This document shows positions 49,224 through 58,551 of a DNA stretch of 64,000 bases, piece by piece; position 1 is the first letter of the stretch; each line of letters begins with the position of its first letter. The translations under genes and the position numbers were made by a program. The stretch is from Candidatus Melainabacteria bacterium (GTDB taxonomy: Bacteria; Cyanobacteriota; Vampirovibrionia; 2-02-FULL-35-15). Location: contig JACQBQ010000024.1 of the NCBI GenBank assembly GCA_016201905.1, positions 52,919 to 116,918 on the forward strand, written 5' to 3'. Under the pieces are notes generated by a model. That model did not search any database. It saw nothing but the letters and a program-made list of their open reading frames with translations, and was not told the origin of the DNA.

Positions 49224-50594
49224 TTATTTTAGAAGATTTACCAGCTTAACGACTGTGTCTTTAGCGTCCCCGAATAGCATCATAGTCTTTGGCATAAGGA
49301 AAAGCTCGTTTTCAATTCCTGCAAAACCTGGTGCCATTGAACGTTTTAAAAATATAACGGTCTTAGCCTTTTCTACTTCTAATATAGGCATGCCATAAAT
49401 CGGACTTTTTGGATTATTTTTTGCAGCTGGGTTTGTAACATCATTTGCACCAATTACAAGTGCTGCATCTGCTCTTTCGAACTCAGGATTTATGTTATCC
49501 ATTTCATACAGTTTTTCATAAGGTACATTTGCTTCAGCAAGCAAAATATTCATGTGACCAGGCATCCTTCCTGCAACGGGGTGAATTGCATATTTTACAG
49601 TAGCACCTTTTTTTTCTAAAATATCAGCAAGCTCTCTTACATTGTGTTGAGCCTGTGATACTGCCATGCCATAGCCAGGTACGATAATAACCAGGCTTGC
49701 ATTTTCTAAAATTACAAGGGCATCATCAGGTGTATATCCCTGTACAGTTACTGCTTTTGTTTTATCAATGCTTGAACTGTCTACTTTTCCAAATGCTCCG
49801 AACATGACATTTGTCATAGAACGATTCATGGCTTTGCACATAATTTGTGTAAGTATTATGCCTGAAGCTCCGACCAGAGCCCCTGTAATTATCAAACAAT
49901 AATTTGACAAAATAAAACCAGCAGCACAACCTGCCATTCCAGAATAAGAGTTTAATAAACAAATTACAACTGGCATGTCAGCTCCACCAATTGGTAAAAC
50001 AAGAAGACATCCAAGAATAAATGAGATTACACCAACCACGATAAACCAGATGAAGCTCTGTGGGTGAATGCACAAAAATATGCTGCCCCCTACTATTACA
50101 AAAAACTGAAGTAGGTTCAATGTCTTTTGAAATGGATATGTAATTGGCTGCCCGCTTACAAGTCCTTCTAGTTTGGCATATGCCATTACGCTGCCAGTAA
50201 AAGTTATTGCTCCAATGATTAGAGTTATAGTTGTTGTTGTAATACCGTATAGGGTTTGGTTGTGATAATGGCTCATGTATTCAGAAACTGCAACAAGTGC
50301 TGATGCCAATCCACCGTATCCATTTAAAAGCCCCACCATCTGTGGCATTTGAGTCATCTTTACAGTAATAGCTAAAAATGCCCCAATTATTGAACCAATA
50401 ATTAATCCAATTATTATGAAGTGAAAACTAACGATGTGTTTATCAAGCAGTGTTGCACAAATTGCAATTAACATTCCAAATGATGAATAAAAATTCCCTG
50501 GTCTTGCAGTTTTTGGTGAGCTCAGCATTTTTAAACCAATGATGAACAAAATTGCTGAGATAAGGTATGAAAGATTTATTATATTTTCACGCAT
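49224..50594 (-). CDS. pntB: NAD(P) transhydrogenase subunit beta
   Basis: 456 aa. An N-terminal multi-helix membrane domain and a C-terminal NADP(H)-binding domain with GYGMAVSQAQH. Confidence 0.92.
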   Translation of the reverse strand: MRENIINLSYLISAILFIIGLKMLSSPKTARPGNFYSSFGMLIAICATLLDKHIVSFHFIIIGLIIGSIIGAFLAITVKMTQMPQMVGLLNGYGGLASALVAVSEYMSHYHNQTLYGITTTTITLIIGAITFTGSVMAYAKLEGLVSGQPITYPFQKTLNLLQFFVIVGGSIFLCIHPQSFIWFIVVGVISFILGCLLVLPIGGADMPVVICLLNSYSGMAGCAAGFILSNYCLIITGALVGASGIILTQIMCKAMNRSMTNVMFGAFGKVDSSSIDKTKAVTVQGYTPDDALVILENASLVIIVPGYGMAVSQAQHNVRELADILEKKGATVKYAIHPVAGRMPGHMNILLAEANVPYEKLYEMDNINPEFERADAALVIGANDVTNPAAKNNPKSPIYGMPILEVEKAKTVIFLKRSMAPGFAGIENELFLMPKTMMLFGDAKDTVVKLVNLLK

Positions 50595-50603
50595 TTTTTA
50601 TAT

Positions 50604-50885
50604 TTATTTTTTCTTGAACATCTTAAGCATCCTGTCAGTAACAGCGTAACCGCCCACTACGTTTATCATTGCAAAAATAACTGCAGCACAGCCAATTAAT
50701 GTAGTCGAGGTATTGCTATCTCCTGTTGCAATTAATGCCCCAACAATTGTTATTCCTGAGATTGCATTTGATCCTGACATAAGTGGTGTATGTAGGGTCG
50801 GCGGCACTTTTGAAATCACCTCAAATCCTACAAATACCGCTAAAATAAAAATATAGAATGTAATTAAAAGTTCACCAAATGACAT
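50604..50885 (-). CDS. pntA: NAD(P) transhydrogenase subunit alpha part 2 (membrane)
   Basis: 93 aa with three hydrophobic helices, sitting between pntA1 and pntB. Confidence 0.8.
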   Translation of the reverse strand: MSFGELLITFYIFILAVFVGFEVISKVPPTLHTPLMSGSNAISGITIVGALIATGDSNTSTTLIGCAAVIFAMINVVGGYAVTDRMLKMFKKK

Positions 50886-50911
50886 TTCTCCCTCTCTTCC
50901 CCTTTTTTAAC

Positions 50912-52051
50912 TTAATGTACTCCTACCATTAAATGTTTTATATTTTCCTGTAGTATTGCACCTTGATGTGTAATTAAAGCACCTTTATTTATTTCATCAT
51001 TTATGTCAAAGTTTATCTGGTTTTCTTTAACTATGTGAGCAATGATACTCTCTATATTTTTTGAAAACATCTGGCTTGCATGGTTTGGCATAGTACCAGG
51101 AAGATTTAAATATCCGCAAATAGTAACATTATTTACTACAATCTTTTTCCCTGGCTCTGTTAGCTCACAATTTCCACCCTGATCTGCTGCAAGATCTACG
51201 ATTACAGATCCAGGCTGCATTTCTTTTACCATTTGTTCTGTAATTAAAATTGGGGCTTTTTTACCTGGAACCTGAGCAGTAGTTATAACTACATCTGTCT
51301 TTTTTACGTGCCTGCTGATTAACTCAAGTTCTCTTTCGTGTAACTCTTTTGAAACTTGTTTTGCATAACCGCCTTCACCTTCAGTTTCTTCTTTACCCAG
51401 ATCAAGTGCTACAAACCTTGCCCCTAAACTTTCAATTTGTTCTTTTACTGCTCTTCTTGTGTCAAATGCTTCAACTACTCCTCCAAGCCTTCTTGCTGTT
51501 GCAATTGCCTGGAGACCAGCAACACCTGCACCGATTACAAAAATCTTTGCAGGTGGAATAGTTCCTGCTGCAGTCATAAGCATGGGGAAAAATTTTGGAA
51601 GTGAATCACTAGCGATTAAAACAGCTTTATAGCCACTTACTGTACTCATTGAACTTAAGACATCCATGCTTTGAGCTCTTGTAATTCTTGGAATTGAATC
51701 AAGAGAAAATGCTGATATTTTTCTTTGTGCAAGTTTTTTTATTGTGTCCAGGTTTATTGAGGATTGTAAAAATGATATTAATGCTAAACCTTCTTTCATT
51801 AAATCAACCTCACTAAATTCTGGCTTATGTATTTTGACGATTAAATCACTTGAAGAATATATAGTCTTGGCATCTCTAATAATTTTGGCACCAGCATCTG
51901 TGTAATCTTTATCTGAAAAAAGAGCAGCAATACCTGCGCCACCTTCTACTAAAACTTCAATACCTTTTTGAGTTAGTTTTTTTACACTTTGAGGAATAAG
52001 TGCAACTCTTGTTTCATTCTCTTGAATTTCTTTTGGAATGCCAATCTTCAT
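50912..52051 (-). CDS. pntA: NAD(P) transhydrogenase subunit alpha part 1 (NAD(H)-binding dI)
   Basis: 379 aa. MKIGIPKEIxxxExRVALxP and the Rossmann motif VIGAGVAGLQA. Alanine-dehydrogenase-like fold. Confidence 0.9.
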   Translation of the reverse strand: MKIGIPKEIQENETRVALIPQSVKKLTQKGIEVLVEGGAGIAALFSDKDYTDAGAKIIRDAKTIYSSSDLIVKIHKPEFSEVDLMKEGLALISFLQSSINLDTIKKLAQRKISAFSLDSIPRITRAQSMDVLSSMSTVSGYKAVLIASDSLPKFFPMLMTAAGTIPPAKIFVIGAGVAGLQAIATARRLGGVVEAFDTRRAVKEQIESLGARFVALDLGKEETEGEGGYAKQVSKELHERELELISRHVKKTDVVITTAQVPGKKAPILITEQMVKEMQPGSVIVDLAADQGGNCELTEPGKKIVVNNVTICGYLNLPGTMPNHASQMFSKNIESIIAHIVKENQINFDINDEINKGALITHQGAILQENIKHLMVGVH

Positions 52052-52115
52052 ATGTTTAATTATAAAGGTGGATGTAACTTTTAGGCAGATTGTATAATAA
52101 GAAATACAAACACGA

Positions 52116-52805
52116 ATGAAGATTTTACCTTATATACTTTTTATATCAATGCTTTTTTTAAGGCCACTTGAAGTAAAAGCACTAAATGAACTCCCAATAA
52201 AAATTGATACACCTCTTAAAGCAGCGCTGTTTTATTTTCCGTCACCCTCTGTCATGAGATGCTTAAATCACAGTAATATACCAAGAGTTTTAAGGAAGGC
52301 AATAATTTATAGGCACATTAAATTTCCACATGAGCCAGCTATAGAAGAGACTATAACAATTGGTACTAAGAACTCTAAATTTATTTTTGCAGGAAACATA
52401 AATAAAAATAGAGAAATCATACCTTTTAAAATTGAAGGTGGGACTTTTTTTGATTTGGGCAAGGGTGCTTCTGTTAAACCTTCATTTCTTTTTGGATTAG
52501 AAGATCTTATAGGTATACAGAGAAAGATTCATATAAAAGATAAGTTAGGGAATCAAAATTTAGACTATGAAATATTTTTAAAAACTACAAAAGGCATGAT
52601 TGGTGATTTAAATTATGGGCTTGAGTTATTTGGTCAGGACAGAGCTATAAATGGAGCTGTTAAATACTTCCTATCTGGTAAAGGTCAAATTGGTGAAAAT
52701 AAAATATCGGTTAGTGGAAGAGAATTAGAACAAGATGTTTACAAATTAAATGAAGAGTATGGACAACAAGTAGAAGTTATTACAGATATAAAAGTTTATG
52801 ACTAA
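52116..52805 (+). CDS. Hypothetical secreted protein
   Basis: 229-aa ORF with an N-terminal signal-like hydrophobic segment; no motif. Confidence 0.45.
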   Translation: MKILPYILFISMLFLRPLEVKALNELPIKIDTPLKAALFYFPSPSVMRCLNHSNIPRVLRKAIIYRHIKFPHEPAIEETITIGTKNSKFIFAGNINKNREIIPFKIEGGTFFDLGKGASVKPSFLFGLEDLIGIQRKIHIKDKLGNQNLDYEIFLKTTKGMIGDLNYGLELFGQDRAINGAVKYFLSGKGQIGENKISVSGRELEQDVYKLNEEYGQQVEVITDIKVYD

Positions 52806-52887
52806 AACGACCGGCAAGACCACAAGATTGTTATAATAAAAAATACTTTCAAACAAATATTTATAATATTGAGCTAGAGGAGGCTAT

Positions 52888-53223
52888 ATGAAAAATATCT
52901 TGATAAAAAAAATAGGTTTTTTGTGTTTAGTTTTAGGGTTTTGCTTGTTAATAAACACACCTAAAGCAAGTGCAGCAGCATGTAATGGTACACAGCCGCA
53001 GTGTGATGGAAGTTGCGTTAATCCTAGTGAGGTTTGTGCCCCAGATTCTTATGATAGTATGGGAGTTCCTATGACTTGCCACTGCATACTTAAACAATGT
53101 TTTGAGACGGTTCCACGATGTGATGGAGATTGTCCGCCTAATTCTGACTGTTCTGCACAGACTTTTGACAACATGGGAGTCCCATCTTCCTGCTTCTGCA
53201 GACCTCGAAACCAAAACAATTAA
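52888..53223 (+). CDS. Small secreted Cys-rich protein with two tandem 6-Cys modules
   Basis: 111 aa. A signal peptide is followed by C-x5-C-x3-C-x6-C-x12-C-x-C and C-x6-C-x3-C-x5-C-x12-C-x-C, with a conserved CDG(S/D)C...DxMGVP...C(H/F)C core. Confidence 0.6.
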   Translation: MKNILIKKIGFLCLVLGFCLLINTPKASAAACNGTQPQCDGSCVNPSEVCAPDSYDSMGVPMTCHCILKQCFETVPRCDGDCPPNSDCSAQTFDNMGVPSSCFCRPRNQNN

Positions 53224-53276
53224 TCCATAATATAAAATAACCCATGTTAAAAATCCTAGTGGACACCAGGAACATT

Positions 53277-53290
53277 TGTACGTTTGTACA
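53277..53290. promoter_or_regulatory. Candidate LexA operator TGTACGTTTGTACA (GTAC-N4-GTAC palindrome), about 50 bp upstream of lexA
   Basis: A perfect inverted repeat in the lexA promoter region. It has the same half-site/spacer architecture as cyanobacterial (RGTAC-N4-GTWCB) and Gram-positive (GAAC-N4-GTTC) SOS boxes. Confidence 0.45.
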
Positions 53291-53337
53291 AGTCTAACAA
53301 TTACATGCCACTGTAAGCAAAGCAGTGACACCTTATT

Positions 53338-53919
53338 ATGGCAGTAGAACTTACAGAAAATCAGAACGATTTTCTCCTTATGCTAAAAAAGCATTATAGG
53401 AAAAACCCTTTGCCATCAATTAGACAAATGGCAACTGATTTAAAGTTTAAATATCATAACTCAGTTCAACATTATTTGGAGACACTTATGTTTAGCGGAT
53501 TAGTAAAAAAGATAGATGACTTTTTGTATCTGGATAAGAAACTTTTTGGTTTAAAAATCTATGACTCAAGAATACCAGCTGGAATGCCAGCAACAGCAGA
53601 AGACAGCTATGAAGTCTTTGATTTTGAAAATTATCTGAGAGCTAATGATGAAAGAACCTTCATGCTCCGCGTTTCAGGTGATTCTATGATTGATGCTGGT
53701 ATTTATGATGGAGATTTAATTGTAGTTGACACAAAAATCCAACCTACTCATGGTGTAATAGTTGTAGCAATTGTAGATGGCGGATATACAGTTAAATATC
53801 TACGCAAAAAAGGCAGTAGAAATTATCTAAGAGCTGCAAACCCAAAGTACAAAGATATTTACCCTGAAACTGAATTTAAGATCGTCGGAGTTGTGACTGG
53901 TTCAGTAAGAAAGTTTTGA
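53338..53919 (+). CDS. lexA: LexA repressor
   Basis: 193 aa. An N-terminal winged HTH, then an S24 peptidase domain with the Ser (RVSGDSM) and Lys (VKYLRKKG) dyad. Confidence 0.9.
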   Translation: MAVELTENQNDFLLMLKKHYRKNPLPSIRQMATDLKFKYHNSVQHYLETLMFSGLVKKIDDFLYLDKKLFGLKIYDSRIPAGMPATAEDSYEVFDFENYLRANDERTFMLRVSGDSMIDAGIYDGDLIVVDTKIQPTHGVIVVAIVDGGYTVKYLRKKGSRNYLRAANPKYKDIYPETEFKIVGVVTGSVRKF

Positions 53920-54111
53920 TCTTATATCCACTGTAAAATCTAACGTAAAACCTGCTATTTTATTCCTTCGGATTTTCTTCTGGTTAATTCTATATTGATT
54001 CATCACTTCTAGCATTAACCCTTAACCTTTCATAATATGCTCTTAACATAAATATAGTAAAAACTTTAAAAGAGTTCGAGTTGAGCTCAATGCTTTTTAA
54101 ATAAGGATTCT

Positions 54112-54924
54112 ATGAAGATTAGTAATATAAAAAATATTCTAGTAAAAGCTTTAATTTTAGTCTGTTGTTTATTTTTTCATCCTTTAAATTCACAAGCAAT
54201 GGATCCTGGCTATGATGGAGATAAGCCATTGTTTGTAACCATTACAACTGACTGGTGTTTCGCATGTAAATATCTGGAACCAACTGTTGAAGAATTAAAA
54301 CGTGAGTATGGTGGACAAATTACATTTGTAAAACTTGATGCAAGTTCAGAGCAGTCAATTTCTCAAGCACAGCTTATAGCTCAAAGCTATGGTATAGCTG
54401 AATTTTTTAACAATAATAGAAATGCTTTTCCACGAGTAGCAATTTACTGTCCTGGAGGCCTAAGCCCGACTAAAAATTTACTAGGTGCAAACAAGATAGA
54501 AAACTACAGAGGAATATTAGATGACTTACTTTTAAATCAAAATAAAATATGCAATATAGATGGAAGACCACCTTCTTCCGCAGATAGTGGTCAGGATAGA
54601 CCAAATGAACCAAAGCAAACAGAAGTAATCGTGGGTAGACCTGATGAGCCAAGTCTTCTTTTAGATAGACCCAAAGAAGCTTTAGCCTCAGGACGTCCAC
54701 CAGAACTTACTTTTTGGACTATTGGTCAGCCCATACCATATTATGCATACTACCAATATCTCTCTTTGCCAAAATGTTCAGGTACAAATCAAATAATATG
54801 TAGCAATCAAACAGATACATATGCTGGTAGTAATCAACCAGTACAAGGACCTGTTTTTAAACCATGGGATCCAAATGCCACAAGAAATGAAAAAGGTTTT
54901 AATGCAGTAGTAAAGAAAGGATAA
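54112..54924 (+). CDS. Secreted thioredoxin-fold protein (CxxC = WCFAC) with a Pro-rich C-terminal extension
   Basis: 270 aa. Signal peptide; thioredoxin-like PLFVTITTDWCFACKYLEP...ITFVKLD. Paralogous to the downstream gene. Confidence 0.65.
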   Translation: MKISNIKNILVKALILVCCLFFHPLNSQAMDPGYDGDKPLFVTITTDWCFACKYLEPTVEELKREYGGQITFVKLDASSEQSISQAQLIAQSYGIAEFFNNNRNAFPRVAIYCPGGLSPTKNLLGANKIENYRGILDDLLLNQNKICNIDGRPPSSADSGQDRPNEPKQTEVIVGRPDEPSLLLDRPKEALASGRPPELTFWTIGQPIPYYAYYQYLSLPKCSGTNQIICSNQTDTYAGSNQPVQGPVFKPWDPNATRNEKGFNAVVKKG

Positions 54925-54936
54925 TTAGCAGTTCAT

Positions 54937-55365
54937 ATGGAAATAAAGTTTAAAATGATAGTTGCTCTAGGAATTATTCTTGTTCTTGGTTTTGGATTTG
55001 TTCAAGGTTCTTTTGCAGACACTAATCCTTTATTTGTAACTATTACTGCTAGAGAGTCATGTTCTACATGTAAAAAGTTTGAGCCAACACTTCAAGAGTT
55101 ACAGAATGAATATGATGGAAGAATAACCTTTGTAACTCTGGATTTATCATCTAAAGATTCAATTGAAGAAGCTAAGCAGACCGCAGAAGAAGCCGGGATC
55201 ACCAAGTTTTTCGAAGAAAATAAGGGAGTAGTTCCAAAAGTAGGTATTTTATGTCCTGGTGGAACAAAAACAGAAAATACTTTTATCGGTGAGACAAGAA
55301 AAGAAATTTTTGAAGAAGCACTAGATAAAGCTTTATTAGATACATCTACTGTTTGTAGCTTATAA
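54937..55365 (+). CDS. Secreted thioredoxin-fold protein (variant motif SCSTCK), paralog of the upstream gene
   Basis: 142 aa. PLFVTITARESCSTCKKFEP...ITFVTLD aligns with the upstream paralog. The first Cys of the CxxC is replaced by Ser. Confidence 0.6.
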   Translation: MEIKFKMIVALGIILVLGFGFVQGSFADTNPLFVTITARESCSTCKKFEPTLQELQNEYDGRITFVTLDLSSKDSIEEAKQTAEEAGITKFFEENKGVVPKVGILCPGGTKTENTFIGETRKEIFEEALDKALLDTSTVCSL

Positions 55366-55375
55366 AAACACAAAA

Positions 55376-55401
55376 GGCGAGAATGATCATTCTCGCCTTT
55401 T
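55376..55401. terminator. Bidirectional rho-independent terminator GGCGAGAATGATCATTCTCGCC-TTTT between convergent genes
   Basis: A perfect 9-bp stem with AAAA on the left and TTTT on the right, lying between the Trx-like gene (+) and the SWIB gene (-). Confidence 0.75.
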
Positions 55402-55423
55402 GAAAGTTTCTTTTTATCGGGTT

Positions 55424-55699
55424 TTATTTAACGTGTTGAGCAACTAACTTAGTCATCTCAAACATGCTGACCTGTTTCTTGCCATTAAAAATTGGTTTTA
55501 AAACTTCATCAGCATCAATGTTTCTTCTGTTCTTTGCATTTTGAAGTTTATTTTTTTTGATGTAAGCCCAGAGTCTCTTTGTAATCTCAGTTCTTGGAAG
55601 AGGTTTTTCTCCAACAACTTGAGCTAATGCATCATCCGGCTGAAGTGGTTTCATGAATGCTGCATTTGGTTTTCTTGAACTTTTTTTCTTAGTAGCCAT
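55424..55699 (-). CDS. SWIB/MDM2 domain protein
   Basis: 91 aa. A basic N terminus is followed by LSPELAxxxG-like ...TEITKRLWAYIKKNKLQNAKNRRNIDADEVLKPIFNGKKQVSMFEMTKLVAQHV, matching the SWIB/MDM2 fold signature. Confidence 0.75.
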   Translation of the reverse strand: MATKKKSSRKPNAAFMKPLQPDDALAQVVGEKPLPRTEITKRLWAYIKKNKLQNAKNRRNIDADEVLKPIFNGKKQVSMFEMTKLVAQHVK

Positions 55700-55814
55700 A
55701 TTTATATTTCTCCTTCTATGATCCGCTATTCCTGCTATGAGATTATATCCTAATACGGGGGCTTGAGAGTAGTCGTAAAAGTCTCAGTCCTGTATTACTT
55801 AATCAATAATAGTA

Positions 55815-55852
55815 CATAGGGAGGCTGGGTTGTGCAACCCAGCCTCCCTATG
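55815..55852. promoter_or_regulatory. 38-nt perfect GC-rich palindrome CATAGGGAGGCTGGGTTG-tg-CAACCCAGCCTCCCTATG in a 650-bp noncoding region
   Basis: Read directly. Followed at 55865-55897 by a second nested inverted repeat, CACATAGTTATTTTGATAACTGTGAACTATGTG. Confidence 0.4.
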
Positions 55853-56346
55853 AAATAACCATTCACATAGTTATTTTGATAACTGTGAACTATGTGCCTT
55901 TATATAGCTATTTACAGTGTTACAGGACTTGGCTTTATCTGTATGTAGCCATGTATGAGCCATAAATGCAATCGTAAATAAAACAAAAATTAGCCTGGGC
56001 AACATTGTGATTATGGTGTGGATATACCCAGATCTAAAAGAAATTAAAACAAAAGTAATAAAAAACTTTGAAGAGAGCCAGGTGGCTTTTTAGTACATAA
56101 AGAAAAAGAAAATATTTTTTCATCCTCTGTAGTTACTATGCTTGCTTAGCCAAATCTTTTGTAATAGCGCTATTAAAGTTAACAAACTCTTAAAATATAG
56201 CTTTAAATGCTAAATTGAAAGCTATAACTTTAATTTTATTTAATGAAATAGCCTTGGTAATTTAAACTTTTCATAACCATTCATATGTAATCTGTCCATA
56301 GCTTAGTTAAGGTGAAAGATTATTTACAAATTATTCAGAGGTTGAA

Positions 56347-56832
56347 ATGTCAAATCCGCTATATGGTATTAAGAAAAAAGCACTTTTAAGTCAGCAACAA
56401 GAAGTTAGAGCTTATCAGGATGTCATTTCATCACAAAAGCTCGATCTGGCTTTTCTCCGACAATTTTTTAAGACTTTTCGTGGCCCTGACGATGCTGATG
56501 GACATTATAGTTCTGCAGATTATCAAAAAGCACTAGGTGTATATTCCAAAGTACACCCTGATGATCCTAACACTCCGGTAAATGAGCATGAACAAGCATT
56601 AATAAAAATCGCAGAGGACTTTTTCAAAACCAGCTGGAGTAATCTTACAGGGGGTACAGTTGATGACCAATTGTTAAACACCAAATCAGCTGAGATACAA
56701 AACAAAATCAGCGAGTTAGAAGGGAAACGAATGACGTTTGACACCGAAGCTGATGATATTGATCGTGAGATAAAGGATATTGATATTCTTATACAAACAG
56801 AAAGTAATAATGAAAGCAACGGCACTGTATAA
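56347..56832 (+). CDS. Hypothetical protein
   Basis: 161-aa acidic ORF; no motif. Confidence 0.4.
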   Translation: MSNPLYGIKKKALLSQQQEVRAYQDVISSQKLDLAFLRQFFKTFRGPDDADGHYSSADYQKALGVYSKVHPDDPNTPVNEHEQALIKIAEDFFKTSWSNLTGGTVDDQLLNTKSAEIQNKISELEGKRMTFDTEADDIDREIKDIDILIQTESNNESNGTV

Positions 56833-56995
56833 TTTTTTATATTGAGCGAAGCGTAAAACCCCGAGGCTTGCCTCAAGGGATATAAGCGAGCCAATTCAAA
56901 CTGACTTCCTAATTCTGACGACTGGTGACGAAGTCAAAAATTGGTGTAATACCCTGTTGCTTGCGGTAGGGATAGCCAATTTTAAGGAAGTCAGT

Positions 56996-58543
56996 TTATT
57001 TTAAAAAGTTTATCATTGTATGAAAAGCGGCTTTTGTTTTTTCTTTTATACTGGACTTAAAAACTATTCCTATCAAATCCGAATATGACCTTGCTTTGCC
57101 TTTATATGGATACCACCAGAAACTTTTTGGGTGTAGCTTTGGAATAAAGCCAAGATCAATGCTTATGTGTTTGGTTCTTACAAAATCATAAATTGCAGAA
57201 CCACCATAACCACTGTCCTTATAACCCTGCCATGGACAGGCTGGATGTGCCTGTAAAAACAAAGAATCATTAACCCAGACTGTGCCGCAGTTTAATTTAT
57301 TTGCAATATTTTTTACATTTCCTGTTTCACCTGTCCAGATGCTACTTGCAAGACCATATCTTGTGTCATTAGCTAGTCTTATTGCTTCTTCAATGCTCTC
57401 AAACTTCATAATAGGAATAACAGGTCCAAAAGTTTCTTCTGTCATTATTTTCATTGAATGATTTACATTGCTTAAAACTGTAGGCTCAAAGAAAAAGCCT
57501 GAGCCTGGAATTCTTTTGCCGCCCGTATGGAGTCTGGCACCTTTATTTAAGGCATCTTTTATATGCTCTTCTATTTTTTCTACTTGCTCCTTGTCTATGA
57601 GTGGCCCTACATCAATTTCGTCATCTATTCCATTGCCTATTTTTAACTCTTTTACAAGACTTGTAATTTTATCTATAAAATCATTATAGATTTCTGATTC
57701 CACATAAACCCTTTCAATAGATGCACAGGCTTGGCCACAATTTGATATTGCTCCCCATAAAACTCCTTCACATGCATAGTCTAAGTTTGTGTTTTTGAAA
57801 ACTATTGCAGGATCTTTTCCGCCAAGCTCAAGGCTTACAGGCAGTAGTTTTTTTGCGCAAGATTCAGCAATTTTCTTGCCGATTTCTACAGACCCTGTAA
57901 AAATAACTTTGTCAATTCCTGAGCTGATTAATACCTCTGCAGCTTCACTACCACCATATACAATGTTTGCAACACCTTGTGGCAGGGCTGCTTCAAGCAA
58001 GATCTCATAAATTAATTTTCCAACTAGCGATACTTTGCTTGACGGTTTAAAAATAAAAGTATTGCCAGCCAGCAATGTTTTTGTAATTGCTGACATAGGT
58101 AAATAAAAAGGATAGTTCCATGGCTCTATAATAGCCATTACACCGTACGGCTCATAAGAAAGAAAACTTTTCTTAGTAGGATAAAGTTTGCCAAGAGAAA
58201 TACTTTTTTCATTCAATAACTCATGGCCTTTTTTAATAAAATATTCCATGATCTGTAAACATGAAGCAATTTCAGTCAGATATGACTCAGAGAGTGGCTT
58301 ACCAGTGTTTTTTGTAATTATTTCGGCTATCTTATCTTTGTCTTTAATTATAAGTTCATATATTTTTTTTAAGTAATCAATCCTTTTATCTACGGTCATA
58401 CTACTCCATAGTAAAAAAGACTCTTTTGCTCTTTGAATTATTTCTTTAATCTCAGTTTCGCTTGTAGCTTTAGCAGTAAAGATTTCCTCACCTGTTGCAG
58501 GGTTAGTAACTTTAATTAAGTTTTCTTTTATTGTAGCTGGCAT
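56996..58543 (-). CDS. Aldehyde dehydrogenase family protein (start placed at MPATIKE; the ORF reads into the repeat up to 58558)
   Basis: ELGGKDPAIVF, the catalytic Cys in NCGQAC and the EETFGPV motif. The five N-terminal residues in the track (MTCKA) are encoded by repeat copy E. Confidence 0.88.
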   Translation of the reverse strand: MPATIKENLIKVTNPATGEEIFTAKATSETEIKEIIQRAKESFLLWSSMTVDKRIDYLKKIYELIIKDKDKIAEIITKNTGKPLSESYLTEIASCLQIMEYFIKKGHELLNEKSISLGKLYPTKKSFLSYEPYGVMAIIEPWNYPFYLPMSAITKTLLAGNTFIFKPSSKVSLVGKLIYEILLEAALPQGVANIVYGGSEAAEVLISSGIDKVIFTGSVEIGKKIAESCAKKLLPVSLELGGKDPAIVFKNTNLDYACEGVLWGAISNCGQACASIERVYVESEIYNDFIDKITSLVKELKIGNGIDDEIDVGPLIDKEQVEKIEEHIKDALNKGARLHTGGKRIPGSGFFFEPTVLSNVNHSMKIMTEETFGPVIPIMKFESIEEAIRLANDTRYGLASSIWTGETGNVKNIANKLNCGTVWVNDSLFLQAHPACPWQGYKDSGYGGSAIYDFVRTKHISIDLGFIPKLHPKSFWWYPYKGKARSYSDLIGIVFKSSIKEKTKAAFHTMINFLK

Positions 58544-58551
58544 GGCTTTAC

